NCBI GenBank assembly: GCA_045106895.1
Contig: JBGCFM010000149.1
Coordinates: 1-64,000, forward strand
Length of the DNA stretch: 64,000 bases
DNA from: Polyangiales bacterium
GTDB lineage: Bacteria; Myxococcota_A; Polyangia; Polyangiales; Houyiibacteriaceae
Reading direction: 5' to 3'
Both the position numbers and the translations under genes were made by a program. The stretch's first letter is position 1, and every line of letters begins with the position of its first letter. A model generated the notes under the pieces. That model was not told the origin of the DNA. It saw only the letters and a list, made by a program, of their open reading frames with translations, and searched no databases. Below, one piece after another: positions 27,451 through 37,360 of this stretch.

Positions 27451-28007
27451 GCCTCGACCACGCAGAGCGCGTCCAAGTGAAGTTCTTCGTCGCCAGCGGC
27501 GCACCTGAAGCTCAATCGGTCATCCCCATCTTTCACGCGTGGCTCCGCGACAAACGCGTCGACGACCCGACGCTCGTCGACGTCGCGGACTACTCCCACG
27601 TCCATGACGGACCGGGCGTGCTTCTCGTCGGTCACGCCAGCGACTGGTACTACGACCACGGCGAAGGGCGCCCGGGGATGCTCTTTTCTCGCAAGCGAGC
27701 CTTCGAAGGTGGCTTCGAAGCACGACTCGAGGACGCCTTTCGGCACGCCCTCAAGGCCTGCGCCGAGTTCACCAAAGACACGAGCGCGGTCTTCTCGGCC
27801 AACGAGATCCTTGTTCGCGTTCCGGACCGACTTCACATCAAAAACGACGACGCGGGTCTGGCCGCCGCTACCCCCACCGTTGAAAGCGTCGCAAAGAAGA
27901 TCTTCGGCGCGGACGCGAAGGTCTCCATCGCACGCGAAGGCGGTCCACGAGAGAGCCTGACTCTACGGCTCAAAGTCGACGGCGGCCCGGCGAACTTGCC
28001 GAGCTAG
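27447..28007 (+). CDS. hypothetical protein coupled to the reductase
   Basis: ATGA overlap; distinctive IFHAWL..DVADYSHVHDGPGVLL segment. Confidence 0.7.
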   Translation: MSLDHAERVQVKFFVASGAPEAQSVIPIFHAWLRDKRVDDPTLVDVADYSHVHDGPGVLLVGHASDWYYDHGEGRPGMLFSRKRAFEGGFEARLEDAFRHALKACAEFTKDTSAVFSANEILVRVPDRLHIKNDDAGLAAATPTVESVAKKIFGADAKVSIAREGGPRESLTLRLKVDGGPANLPS

Positions 28008-28032
28008 CTCCCGCGTTCGCGAAGCGACTTGA

Positions 28033-28062
28033 AAGCGTGCAAATCTTCGGATCTGCGCGCTT
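28033..28062. terminator. hairpin between convergent genes
   Basis: AAGCGTGCA.ATC-TTCG-GAT.TGCGCGCTT with a C(UUCG)G loop. Confidence 0.6.
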
Positions 28063-28074
28063 CCTTCGTTTTGG

Positions 28075-29043
28075 CTAAGGCAGCACGACCTCAAGAAGTC
28101 CCGTCGATGCCTGCATCACCATCTGCTGAACGGTGATCATCATCTTCACCTTCGGGTCCTGAAGCAACGAAAGGCACATCTCCGGAGAAGGTGTGTCCCG
28201 GCTCGCGAGGTAGAGCGCCCGGTTGAAACGTGTGCAGGTGCTGGCGTGCAGCTCGCTCATCGAAACATCGGTGCCGGTGTCCTCGAGCATTCGATAGTCG
28301 TTGGTAACGACGAGTGGTCCGCCGATCTGCGTGCGCTGCGCCGAGCGCGTACTGGTTCGTTCGATGACCACACGCTGACCCGGGTGGACGCCGGTGACGA
28401 GGAGGAGACAGTCCGAAGCGAGAGTCGACGACTCAAGGAGCGCGACGGCGGCGTCGAAGTTCGGAGCCGTCTCGAAGACCTCGCGGAGCGTCAGCGCAAT
28501 GGACGGCGCGATCTGTGGCTTCTCATCGCTGATGACCGCGTTGAGCGTGATGGCGAAGCGCCCTTTCGCCACCCCGGAAAAGGCACCGACGAAGCCCGGC
28601 CATCCCACCGTGCTAAACGGTCCCGCGGCGCCGTTGATGAAGTCGGTGATGAGGGTGAACTTCGAGAGCTCGTTTCGCTCCGTCCACCAGTCGAGGTTGC
28701 GCGCGTGGAGTGGCCCCTCGGGATGCTCTAAGGCGACGGCGGTGCAGCCCATCAGCGCCCGAAACGCATCGTAGTAGAGGTTCGAGATGATCACTTCGTC
28801 GTGCGGCCGCTCGATGAGCTCCGCGATGGCGTGTGTCTCAGCGAGCAACGATTCAGAGATGAACGCGTCGCTGTAGCTTTGAACGAGGGAGCGCCACTCG
28901 TGCACGCCCCCGAGGTCCTGAAGATAGCTGGCGCACATCCGCTGAGCTTGTTCCTTAAACGGCGTGAGCTCGTTCCATCGCTGTGCGGGTGGCGCGGCGA
29001 GGTCCACGGTGATTCGAGGAACGAGAGTCTGCGGAGCGCTCAC
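28075..29043 (-). CDS. acid ceramidase/NAAA-like Ntn hydrolase
   Basis: N-terminal VDLAAPPAQRW; autocleavage nucleophile GCT; HARNLDW; GFVGAFSGV. Confidence 0.8.
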   Translation of the reverse strand: MSAPQTLVPRITVDLAAPPAQRWNELTPFKEQAQRMCASYLQDLGGVHEWRSLVQSYSDAFISESLLAETHAIAELIERPHDEVIISNLYYDAFRALMGCTAVALEHPEGPLHARNLDWWTERNELSKFTLITDFINGAAGPFSTVGWPGFVGAFSGVAKGRFAITLNAVISDEKPQIAPSIALTLREVFETAPNFDAAVALLESSTLASDCLLLVTGVHPGQRVVIERTSTRSAQRTQIGGPLVVTNDYRMLEDTGTDVSMSELHASTCTRFNRALYLASRDTPSPEMCLSLLQDPKVKMMITVQQMVMQASTGLLEVVLP

Positions 29044-29426
29044 GTCAGCTTTTTGAGAAGCGGGGCATCCGCCGGCGGCAAGGGGTACTGATGGAGTTCT
29101 TCGGGCAAAACCCAGGCGTGGTCGCTCACGCCGAGATGCTGCACTTCACCCTTGCCACCGGGGACAAGCGTGCAGGCGTAGAAGAGCAAGAGAACGCTCT
29201 TCGTCTCGAACTGATGAAAGATGACGTCGATGATCTCACCGACCTCAAGGTCGATGGCGCACTCTTCGCGGCATTCACGGGCTACCGCGTCGCGCGGGTC
29301 TTCGTCGCCCTCGACCTTGCCGCCGGGGAACTCCCACAGGCCCTCAAGATGGGTCCCAGCCGGTCTCTTCGTGAGGAGGATTCTCCCCTGATGACGAACG
29401 ACGGCAGCGGCTACGAGGACGCTCAT
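29040..29426 (-). CDS. MutT-like NUDIX hydrolase
   Basis: WEFPGGKVEGDEDPRDAVARECREE Nudix box; C-terminal PPAD. Confidence 0.9.
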   Translation of the reverse strand: MSVLVAAAVVRHQGRILLTKRPAGTHLEGLWEFPGGKVEGDEDPRDAVARECREECAIDLEVGEIIDVIFHQFETKSVLLLFYACTLVPGGKGEVQHLGVSDHAWVLPEELHQYPLPPADAPLLKKLT

Positions 29427-29429
29427 CGC

Positions 29430-30956
29430 TCAGTCGAGGGCGGCGGCGCGACGGAGACGCGCGTGCTGGAGATGAAGGTCGATGGTGGCGTTCACGAGCG
29501 ACAAACGTGCCCGGGTGAGGTCCGTCTCTGCGTCCGTTAGGTCCGCCGCCACCACGGTGCCTGCGTTGAGCTGCGCGACGCGAACCCTGCGCTGCTCCTC
29601 GGCAGCTTCGACGCCTGCCTCCGCCGCCACGAGCACCGCGCGACTCGACTCAAACTGCGCCGCCGCCTGCGCGATCTCCATTCGGACGCCGTCGCGGATG
29701 GCGTCGATGTCCGTCTCCATCTGAACGAGCATCGCTCGCGCTTCTGTCACGCGGCTTCGTGCAGCGCCAAACTCGTTGGGGGACCAGCGGAGGATGACGC
29801 TGATATCCCACGTCGCGTCGAACTCCTGACGACTCGGGATGATGCGCTGGTTGGGGTTGGCGTAGTCCACATTCGCCTGCAAGAGGAGCTGCGGGTAGCG
29901 ACGGCCCAACTCCGCGCGAATGGCGCCCTTACGCGCGTCGATGGCACGACGAAGTGCCGCGATTTCGACGCGGTCCTCGAGGGCCCGTTCCGTGAGCTCG
30001 TTGAGGGATTGAGTAATGGCAGGAGGTGGCTGCTGAAGGTTCTGGCCGATGGTCAGCGTCTGCTCCATCGGCATGTGCAGCAACACCCGAAGCGCCTGCT
30101 CGGTGACGGCGACGCCAGCGTTCGCCTGGGCGACGCCGACCTGCGCCTGAGCCGCGAGTGCGTCGACGCGAAGCAGATCGACGCGCGGCACGACGCCCCC
30201 CTGCACGAGAGTGTTCACGCGCTCGCGATTGGCCTGAACCTGAATCACCGCCTGTTGGGCGACGAATGCCGACGCGCGGGCGCGGGCCACCTCGAAGAAC
30301 GTCTCACGTGCGCGGAGTGCGACCTGTCGAGCTTCCACGTCGATCTGCGCCTGCTGCGCTTCGACGGCGCTTTCCTGCGCGCGGTACGCCGGAAGGATCG
30401 AGAAGAAGAGGTCCGAGACCGGGTACGTCACCGATGCGCGAAGAGCATACTGATTCAACAGAACCGGGAAGCTGAACCCTTCGCTGCTCGAGAGTCCGTC
30501 GAAAAGATTTGTCCAGAGTGCTCGGGCTTCGGGGTCGTCGACGGCGGCGATGACGGGCCCGGCCATGGCGGCTTGTTCCGGCGAGATGAGAGCTCCGCCA
30601 AAGTCCGGCTGCGAGATCTGGCTGAGACGTGTGTAGCGCGCGCTCACCTCAAGCTGCGGAAAGAGGGCCTGCCAGGTCCGGCGTGCGCCCGCCTCAGCCA
30701 CGGCGACGGCGGCTTGAGCGCGCGCCATGGAGGGAGCGGACTCGATGGCGCGCTCCGCAGCGGCATCCGCGGTGAGTCCCCCAGGCTGAGTCACTCCGCC
30801 GAAGAGGTCGATGTCACTTTCGGCGGCCTGGGCAGGCGCCGAAGGGGCCGGCGTGGCGTCCGCTTCTGAGGTGTCCTGGGCGGCCGCGTGAAACGAAAGA
30901 AGGAGGCCAAGGGAGGAGACGAGGGCTACGTGGCCGAGTCTGAAATAGGTGTGCAT
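29430..30956 (-). CDS. TolC-family outer-membrane efflux protein
   Basis: Signal peptide; two repeats of helix plus P.L.L beta pattern; typical C-terminal DLTDAETDLTRARL. Confidence 0.88.
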   Translation of the reverse strand: MHTYFRLGHVALVSSLGLLLSFHAAAQDTSEADATPAPSAPAQAAESDIDLFGGVTQPGGLTADAAAERAIESAPSMARAQAAVAVAEAGARRTWQALFPQLEVSARYTRLSQISQPDFGGALISPEQAAMAGPVIAAVDDPEARALWTNLFDGLSSSEGFSFPVLLNQYALRASVTYPVSDLFFSILPAYRAQESAVEAQQAQIDVEARQVALRARETFFEVARARASAFVAQQAVIQVQANRERVNTLVQGGVVPRVDLLRVDALAAQAQVGVAQANAGVAVTEQALRVLLHMPMEQTLTIGQNLQQPPPAITQSLNELTERALEDRVEIAALRRAIDARKGAIRAELGRRYPQLLLQANVDYANPNQRIIPSRQEFDATWDISVILRWSPNEFGAARSRVTEARAMLVQMETDIDAIRDGVRMEIAQAAAQFESSRAVLVAAEAGVEAAEEQRRVRVAQLNAGTVVAADLTDAETDLTRARLSLVNATIDLHLQHARLRRAAALD

Positions 30957-31074
30957 ACGTTCTCGCTTTGGAGCAGCGTCCAGTCGCTGTGTCGTGCCGA
31001 GGCCCTGAGCGTATACACGCGACCCGCCAGAGCCGCACCTTGACCGTTTGCGAGGCCCGGCCAAGCTACGTGGG

Positions 31075-32097
31075 ATGACACTCACCAAGCCAAGAGTTGC
31101 CGTGGTCGGAGCCACCGGTGCCGTCGGACAACAAATGCTCCAGGTACTCGATGAGCGGGATTTCCCCCTCGACTCCCTCATCCTCGTCGCCTCCCCGCGC
31201 TCGGCGGGAAAGACTCTCTCTTTTCGGGGCGAAGATCACGTCGTGAAGGCCATCGCCCCGGAGGTCTTCGACGGCGTAGACATCGCGCTCTTCTCCGCGG
31301 GTGGCGGGACCTCCAAAGAGTGGGCCCCAGTCGCCGCCGAGCGCGGCGCCATCGTCATCGACAACTCATCCGCGTGGCGACGTGACGAGAACGTGCCCCT
31401 CGTGGTCCCGGAGGTGAACGCCGCGGCGGCGAAGGTTCGCCCGAAAGGAATCATCGCCAACCCGAACTGCTCGACGATTCAAATGGTCGTGGCCCTCAAG
31501 CCACTCCACGACGCCGCTCAGGTAACGCGCGTTGTCGTCGCGACCTATCAGGCGATCAGCGGAGCTGGCGCGCAAGCTTCAAAGGCGTTCGAGGCGCAAC
31601 TTGGCCAGTTCACCCGAGGCGAGACGTGTGATCCTTCGACGTTCAAGGGACAGCTCGCTGGCAACCTGCTGATGCATTGGACCCCGGATGTGGAGAGCGG
31701 CTATCAGGAGGAGGAGCTGAAGATGGTCTTCGAGACTCGGAAGATCCTCGGCGATGAGACGATTCGTGTCTCGCCCACCGCCGTACGCGTCCCCGTTCTT
31801 CATTCCCACAGCGAAGCGCTCACGGTGGAGACGGAGAAGGGCCTGGACGCCGCCACAGCGCGGACGCTCCTCGAGAACGCCCCCGGGGTGAAGGTCGTCG
31901 ACGATTTCGGCGCAGGTATCTATCCCCAGGCGATCGACGCCACGGGCTCCGACTGGACCTACGTGGGTCGTATTCGGGACGACATCGGCAACCCTGGCGG
32001 CGTTCAGCTCTGGGTGGTCTCGGACAACCTTCGCAAAGGCGCGGCGACGAACGCGGTTCAAATCGCGGAGCTGCTTCTCCAAGAGTCCGCGCACTGA
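31075..32097 (+). CDS. asd: aspartate-semialdehyde dehydrogenase
   Basis: VVGATGAVG, DNSSAWR, IIANPNCSTIQ, RVPVLHSH, DNLRKGAATNAVQIAE. Confidence 0.98.
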   Translation: MTLTKPRVAVVGATGAVGQQMLQVLDERDFPLDSLILVASPRSAGKTLSFRGEDHVVKAIAPEVFDGVDIALFSAGGGTSKEWAPVAAERGAIVIDNSSAWRRDENVPLVVPEVNAAAAKVRPKGIIANPNCSTIQMVVALKPLHDAAQVTRVVVATYQAISGAGAQASKAFEAQLGQFTRGETCDPSTFKGQLAGNLLMHWTPDVESGYQEEELKMVFETRKILGDETIRVSPTAVRVPVLHSHSEALTVETEKGLDAATARTLLENAPGVKVVDDFGAGIYPQAIDATGSDWTYVGRIRDDIGNPGGVQLWVVSDNLRKGAATNAVQIAELLLQESAH

Positions 32098-32298
32098 TGG
32101 GTTTTTGCCCCGTGAAGCCCATCGCCCGTTGGACAGCTTGTCAATTCGGCGCGCCACGCCACGGCGCCGCTGACACATTGACCTTTGTGAACGTCTCCAA
32201 ACTGTGAAAAGGGCAAAAAACGGCTGTATTGGCGTATGGTCCGACCTTTGCTAGCGATATCCCTGCGGTTTGCTAAGGCCGCATAGAGACGCCCCACC

Positions 32299-33219
32299 AT
32301 GAACCGAATCTCCATCTGCACAGTCCTTTTCCTGCTCACCAGCACCGCTGCGGCGCAGGATGTTCTAAGCGTCACCGACATCGGCGGCGAGAGCGTTTCG
32401 TCCTCGGATATCGCCCGCGTCGGGATCGCTGAATGCGAGTCGACGACCCCGGTCATCGCCACCGTCACTACCCTCATGGGGACCGACGAGGTCGACCTCT
32501 GGTATGGCGTGAACCTCAACTGCAGCACCGCCGAAGAGCGTGACGAAGTAGACGGCGGCTGCGAGTACATCGGTCACGCGGACACTGGCATCAACTCCTT
32601 CGAGATCAGCATCCAGGATTTGACGGCGGCGTTTCCGACAACCTGCACGTCGAACGAGAACCAGGTCACGGTGTACGCGCTTTACACCACGACGAACGAA
32701 GACCGCGCGGCCGTAGAGGGCTTCGGCACCGTCACCATCGAGTTTGATGGCGTCGCCCCCGACGCGCCTGAGATCAGCTCAGCCGCGGTGAGCGGTGACT
32801 CCCAAGCCACGGTTAGCTGGGAGCTGATCAACGATGAAGACGCGTCCTTCGAGCTCATCGATGGCGGCGAGTGTGAAAGCGGTCCTCCCGACGATGACGC
32901 CACGCCATTCGCGACAACGGCGCAGCGTACCGACAGCGAAACTTTCAACCCAGCGACAGCCCTCAACCTCGAACAAGGCCAGTCCCGTGGCGTCTACGTG
33001 GTCTCCGTTGACCTCGCCGGAAACCGAAGCGAGCCCTCCGACGAGGTCTGCGTCACGCGCGTCGCCGTCACCGGCTTCTGCGAGGTGTTCAACGACATGG
33101 GCGGCGCCGACTGCGACGAAGCGGGCTGCTCTGTAGCCGCCCCGGGCTCCGGCGGGTCCGGCTCCGGCGCTCCTCTCCTCTTCATGCTTGTGGCATTTCT
33201 CTGGACTCGTCGACGATGA
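32299..33219 (+). CDS. MYXO-CTERM-type surface protein with FN3-like domain (MXAN_2561-like)
   Basis: Signal peptide; VDLAGNRSEPS; C-terminal GCSVA + TM + RRR sorting tail. Confidence 0.7.
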   Translation: MNRISICTVLFLLTSTAAAQDVLSVTDIGGESVSSSDIARVGIAECESTTPVIATVTTLMGTDEVDLWYGVNLNCSTAEERDEVDGGCEYIGHADTGINSFEISIQDLTAAFPTTCTSNENQVTVYALYTTTNEDRAAVEGFGTVTIEFDGVAPDAPEISSAAVSGDSQATVSWELINDEDASFELIDGGECESGPPDDDATPFATTAQRTDSETFNPATALNLEQGQSRGVYVVSVDLAGNRSEPSDEVCVTRVAVTGFCEVFNDMGGADCDEAGCSVAAPGSGGSGSGAPLLFMLVAFLWTRRR

Positions 33220-33914
33220 ACCGTTTCCTCTCCCTAGCCCTCGCCCTCCTCGCTTTGGGCTCCGTTCACTCCAGCGCCGAGGCGCAGTACTCGGACGAGT
33301 ATCGGCGGCCGAACGAGTCACAAGAGATGTTCGCCTTTGAGCTCGGCGTCGGCCAGTACCGACCGGACGTCGGCAACGATGCCTTCGATCGTGTGTTCGG
33401 GTCAGACTTTGGGCCTGCGCTTCGGCTCGAACTCGACGTGCTCCCGCTCCGCATTCCATACGTGGGTCGCGTCGGAGTCGGTGTGAACGCGGGCTGGTCC
33501 CTTCATTCGAACGGCGCTTGCATTGACGTGGCGTGCACGGAGCGCGCGGACGAAGAGACGGAGATGCGGATCTGGCCCATCGGAGTGATGGCTGTCTTGC
33601 GCATCGATGTGCTCGCCCGCGAGCTCTCGATTCCGCTTCTGCTCACAGGCAAGATCGGCCTTGATGCTGTGGTGTACGACATCAACTCTGGCGCCAACGA
33701 CGAAGCCAGCGGCGTGTCCCTCGGACTCAAGTGGTCCGCTCAGCTCGCCCTTGAGCTCGACTTCATTCGACCGACGCGAGCACGCTCCCTCGACGAAGAG
33801 TGGGGCATCAACCACACCTTCCTCTTCGCCGAACTCTTCGGCTCCACAGCGTCGAGCAATCTCCCCGTCGGCACCAGCCTGTCGTGGCTCGTCGGCCTCG
33901 GCATGACCTTCTAG
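33216..33914 (+). CDS. outer-membrane beta-barrel protein (MXAN_2562-like)
   Basis: Signal peptide; LDFIRPTRARSLDEEWGINHTFLFAE; C-terminal Phe; ATGA coupling to the upstream gene. Confidence 0.7.
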   Translation: MNRFLSLALALLALGSVHSSAEAQYSDEYRRPNESQEMFAFELGVGQYRPDVGNDAFDRVFGSDFGPALRLELDVLPLRIPYVGRVGVGVNAGWSLHSNGACIDVACTERADEETEMRIWPIGVMAVLRIDVLARELSIPLLLTGKIGLDAVVYDINSGANDEASGVSLGLKWSAQLALELDFIRPTRARSLDEEWGINHTFLFAELFGSTASSNLPVGTSLSWLVGLGMTF

Positions 33915-33936
33915 TTCGCTCGAGCGAAAGAACGCT

Positions 33937-34794
33937 GTGTCGAAAGAAGCCCCCGAGTTTCCTTTTGGGGTGCGCCTCCGCATCGCCTACGACGGAACGG
34001 ACTTTCATGGGTGGCAGTTCCAGGGACATGGCCTGCGCACCGTCCAGGGTGAGCTTGAGAAAGGCGTGGCAGCCCTCGGGCTTCGCGCCGGACGCATTCG
34101 TGGCGCCAGCCGCACGGACGCCGGCGTCCATGCCCAAGGTCAGGTCGTTCAGTTCGCTTGTGAACGCCAGATCCCATCCAGTGGTCTGAGGATCGGGCTC
34201 AACGGGGTCCTTCCCCACGACATCGTCGTCACGGAAGCGACGACATGCCACCGGCTCTACAACCCCCGTTTTGACGCCGACAAGAAGCTCTACCGCTACC
34301 GAATCGCCGTTGGCGAGTTTCGCGACCCCCTGACCCGACGCCAGGCTTGGCAATATGGGCCGCGTATCGCCCGGCGAGATCAGGGCCGAGAGCGCCGGGC
34401 CTGTGTGGCGGACTACCTGGATGTGCCGGCGATGAAGGCCGCGGCAGCAAAACTGGTGGGGCACCATGACTTTCAAGCCTTCCGTGCTTATGACGACGGA
34501 CGTGAGCACACCGAGCGAACGATGGAGCGAGTCGACGTGATCGAATCCTACGGCGGACAGGCCGATCAGCTGGCCTTCGAAATCGTGGGAGATGGCTTCA
34601 TGAAGAATATGATCCGAATCTTCGCCGGGACCCTCGCCGATGTAGGTCGTCAGCGACTCCAGCCGGAGGTGATCGACGCGATGCTCGCCGCGGACGGTGG
34701 CCGTTCCATGGGTGGACCCACCGCACCGCCCCACGGCTTGAGCCTCGTGCAGATCTGGCTCGTCCGTGGTGACCACAAGCGAGCCGCGTTGTGA
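33937..34794 (+). CDS. truA: tRNA pseudouridine(38-40) synthase
   Basis: IAYDGTDFHGWQ, ASRTDAGVHA, GHHDF, TAPPHGL. Confidence 0.97.
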   Translation: MSKEAPEFPFGVRLRIAYDGTDFHGWQFQGHGLRTVQGELEKGVAALGLRAGRIRGASRTDAGVHAQGQVVQFACERQIPSSGLRIGLNGVLPHDIVVTEATTCHRLYNPRFDADKKLYRYRIAVGEFRDPLTRRQAWQYGPRIARRDQGRERRACVADYLDVPAMKAAAAKLVGHHDFQAFRAYDDGREHTERTMERVDVIESYGGQADQLAFEIVGDGFMKNMIRIFAGTLADVGRQRLQPEVIDAMLAADGGRSMGGPTAPPHGLSLVQIWLVRGDHKRAAL

Positions 34795-35624
34795 GACGCG
34801 CCTTGCTGGCGTGCGCCCTCCTCTTGGTCAGCACTCAAGCCTTTGCCCAAGACGGGGAGACCGAGGTCAGTGCTGAGGTCGACCCCGAGGTCAGTGCTGA
34901 GGTCGACGCCGAGAACACCGTCGCCGAGACAAACGTCACGGCCGAAGGCAGCGCAGACGCTGCACCCGACGTGCCCGATGTGGACGAGCCCGCGGCGCGC
35001 GCCAAGTTCGCCCTCGTGATCGTTGGTGACGCCGACGCCGTCCTTCAAACGCGTGCATCGGACCTTAGCCAAGCACTTCATGACGCGGGCCTCACGAGCG
35101 TTCACGACGACGCCATTCGCGAAGCGCTCCTCGGCGGTGGAACAGACGAGGATGGACTTGGACCTCTTCGTGGCGCCCGCCGCACCCTGTCGCTCAGTGA
35201 CGATGCCGGCGCACGCTCCGACGCCCTGGAGCGAATTGGGCGCGCCAGCGGGGCGGACACGCTCGTCCTCGTCGCGCGTCGGGCCCCTACTTTGCGGGTC
35301 TACGACCTCACGGCACGGTCATTCTACCAGGCGGTGCCCGCCAGCCCGGATGATGTCCCCTACATTGCGAGTGCCACGCGTGCCGCCGCCGCGCGTGCCC
35401 TGACCGCCCCTGCCCTCGTTGCTGAGGCCGCCGAAGAGGCCGAAGCGGAAGTCGACGCAGACGAGGAACTCCCTCCGGTTCGTGCGTTTTTTAGGAAAAA
35501 CTGGCCCTACATGGTCGCCGCCGTCCTGCTTGCGGGAGCCATCGTCTGGCTCGTCGTTGGCGCGGGCAGCGATGACGAGGCCCCACCACCAGTGCTACGC
35601 TTCCGGCCAGGCAGCGCTGAATAG
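34791..35624 (+). CDS. hypothetical exported protein with C-terminal TM
   Basis: Signal peptide; 24-bp duplication (EVSAEVD twice); GTGA overlap with truA. Confidence 0.65.
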   Translation: MRRALLACALLLVSTQAFAQDGETEVSAEVDPEVSAEVDAENTVAETNVTAEGSADAAPDVPDVDEPAARAKFALVIVGDADAVLQTRASDLSQALHDAGLTSVHDDAIREALLGGGTDEDGLGPLRGARRTLSLSDDAGARSDALERIGRASGADTLVLVARRAPTLRVYDLTARSFYQAVPASPDDVPYIASATRAAAARALTAPALVAEAAEEAEAEVDADEELPPVRAFFRKNWPYMVAAVLLAGAIVWLVVGAGSDDEAPPPVLRFRPGSAE

Positions 35625-35626
35625 CA

Positions 35627-36829
35627 ATGACGAACAAGAGGCAGAAAGGTGTGTGGGCCTGGTTCCTGCGTTTTCGAACGCCGCTGATCTTCGTTGCTCT
35701 CCTCGCAGCCGCCTCCGCCTGGACCCTCGACGCGATGACTCCGCCGGAGCAGGGGCCGACCTCGCCGGGCGATGAAAGCGTGGCCCTTGATGCAGCCCCG
35801 GCGGATGAGGTGGCGGAGGCCGCCCCTCGCGAGGGGCGTTTCGAACTCCCGCCACCGCCGGAAGGTTTTGTCACCGAACAGGTTGGCGATGTCCGATGGA
35901 GCTTTCCGCGTGGCGCCCAGAGTCTGGCGCGGACTCTCCAGAACGAACGGGCAACAACCTGGGCGATGCTCGAAGAGGACTTTGGCATTGAACTTGATGA
36001 GACTCTTGAGGTTCGCATCGCTCGAAACCCGGAAGAGATGCGAGAGCTCGCCCCGCGCTTCGCCCCGCCGCCGGCCTACGCGACAGGTGTCGCCTACACG
36101 CACCACGGGCTCATCTTGTTGTCCGCCATCGCACCCGACACCTGGGAGGCGCCGGACCTAGAGACGGTCTTCGTCCACGAGCTGAGCCATGTGGCTCTTC
36201 GGCGTGCTGCACGCGGACACGCCATGCCGCGCTGGTTCGTCGAGGGAGTCGCCGTCGTCCACGCCGGCGAGCAGAGCTTCGAGCGCATCAAGTCCCTCTG
36301 GCAAGGACACCGCTCCGGTAGCCTGATGCCCCTCGATCAGCTCGCCGGGAACTTCCCCTCGCGCCCCTACGAAGTGAACCTCGCCTACGCGCAGTCCGCC
36401 GATGTCGTGAACTTCCTGCGTTCTGGAGACGGTGACTCGCGGCGCTTCGTTCGTCTCATCGACGAGCTTGGCGAAGGCGACGGGTTCACCAGCGCGCTCA
36501 GTGATGCGTACGCGCTCACGCCAGGCCAGCTCGAACGTGACTGGCGCGAGTACCTGAACGGCAAAGTGCAGACGTTGCCGCTCATCGTCGGCGGTTCGAC
36601 GTTCTGGGCCCTCGCCGCGATTCTTCTGTTCTTGGCGTGGCGAAAACGCCGCAAGGTGCACAAGCGACGTCTCGGCGAGATGGCGATGCGCGAACGCGCG
36701 GACAACGCAGCGATCGCACGCATCGAGGCGAAAATCCGTGAAGACACGCCGATGGCGCTCTTCTTGGATACGCGGGAGACCGAAGTCCCGACGGTTCAAC
36801 ACGAAGGCAAAGAACACACGCTTCACTAG
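35627..36829 (+). CDS. peptidase MA-like (gluzincin) membrane metallohydrolase
   Basis: HELSH...PRWFVEGVA; LAYAQS; N- and C-terminal TM segments. Confidence 0.85.
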   Translation: MTNKRQKGVWAWFLRFRTPLIFVALLAAASAWTLDAMTPPEQGPTSPGDESVALDAAPADEVAEAAPREGRFELPPPPEGFVTEQVGDVRWSFPRGAQSLARTLQNERATTWAMLEEDFGIELDETLEVRIARNPEEMRELAPRFAPPPAYATGVAYTHHGLILLSAIAPDTWEAPDLETVFVHELSHVALRRAARGHAMPRWFVEGVAVVHAGEQSFERIKSLWQGHRSGSLMPLDQLAGNFPSRPYEVNLAYAQSADVVNFLRSGDGDSRRFVRLIDELGEGDGFTSALSDAYALTPGQLERDWREYLNGKVQTLPLIVGGSTFWALAAILLFLAWRKRRKVHKRRLGEMAMRERADNAAIARIEAKIREDTPMALFLDTRETEVPTVQHEGKEHTLH

Positions 36830-36882
36830 CTCGCCCTTGAAGCGAGCTGGCTAACGTGTGTCTTGTGACAGTGCGCGGGTGG

Positions 36883-37287
36883 TCAGCGTGTGACCATCGC
36901 CACGATGATGGCGAGGATGAGCAGTGAGAAGATCACGCCGAGGAAGATCAGGGCTCCTCCAGAGCCAGCATCTTCGACGGGATCGATGTCGCTGCCTTCC
37001 GCGCTCGCGGCCGCCTTGCGCTTGGCGCGTCGCTCCTCCCGCGTAAGTCGCTTCGCGACGGGCTTTGCTGGCTTTTCGGGCGCCGCTTCGGGCTCCGGCT
37101 CAGGCTTCTTCTCCTTCGCCACGGGCTTCTTCGCTTCGGCGGGCTTGGCCGCGCTCACGGCGGGCTCGGCTTCAACCGGCTCATCGGGTTCCGCCGCCTC
37201 GTCGACGTCCGCAGACACCTCCTTCAGCTTGGATTCGACGCGCTTTGCCTTTTTGGGCTTTTTCTTGCTCTTCTTGCCTTTGGCCAT
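36883..37287 (-). CDS. Lys/Glu/Ala-rich tail-anchored hypothetical protein
   Basis: Low-complexity body with a single C-terminal TM. Confidence 0.65.
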   Translation of the reverse strand: MAKGKKSKKKPKKAKRVESKLKEVSADVDEAAEPDEPVEAEPAVSAAKPAEAKKPVAKEKKPEPEPEAAPEKPAKPVAKRLTREERRAKRKAAASAEGSDIDPVEDAGSGGALIFLGVIFSLLILAIIVAMVTR

Positions 37288-37360
37288 CGGCGTTTCCTAA
37301 CACGCAAAGTGCGATCAGGACAGCGCGTGAATTAGCGGCGAAAGGAAGTATCTTCTCGCC

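Noticed and set aside
29430..30956. TolC without adjacent pump as a novel system
   Set aside because: Stand-alone TolC genes are common; nothing else is unusual here.
32205..32280. c-di-GMP-I riboswitch suggested by GGCAAA / GCAAAC...GCAAAG words
   Set aside because: No GNRA-capped P2 stem and wrong spacing on either strand.
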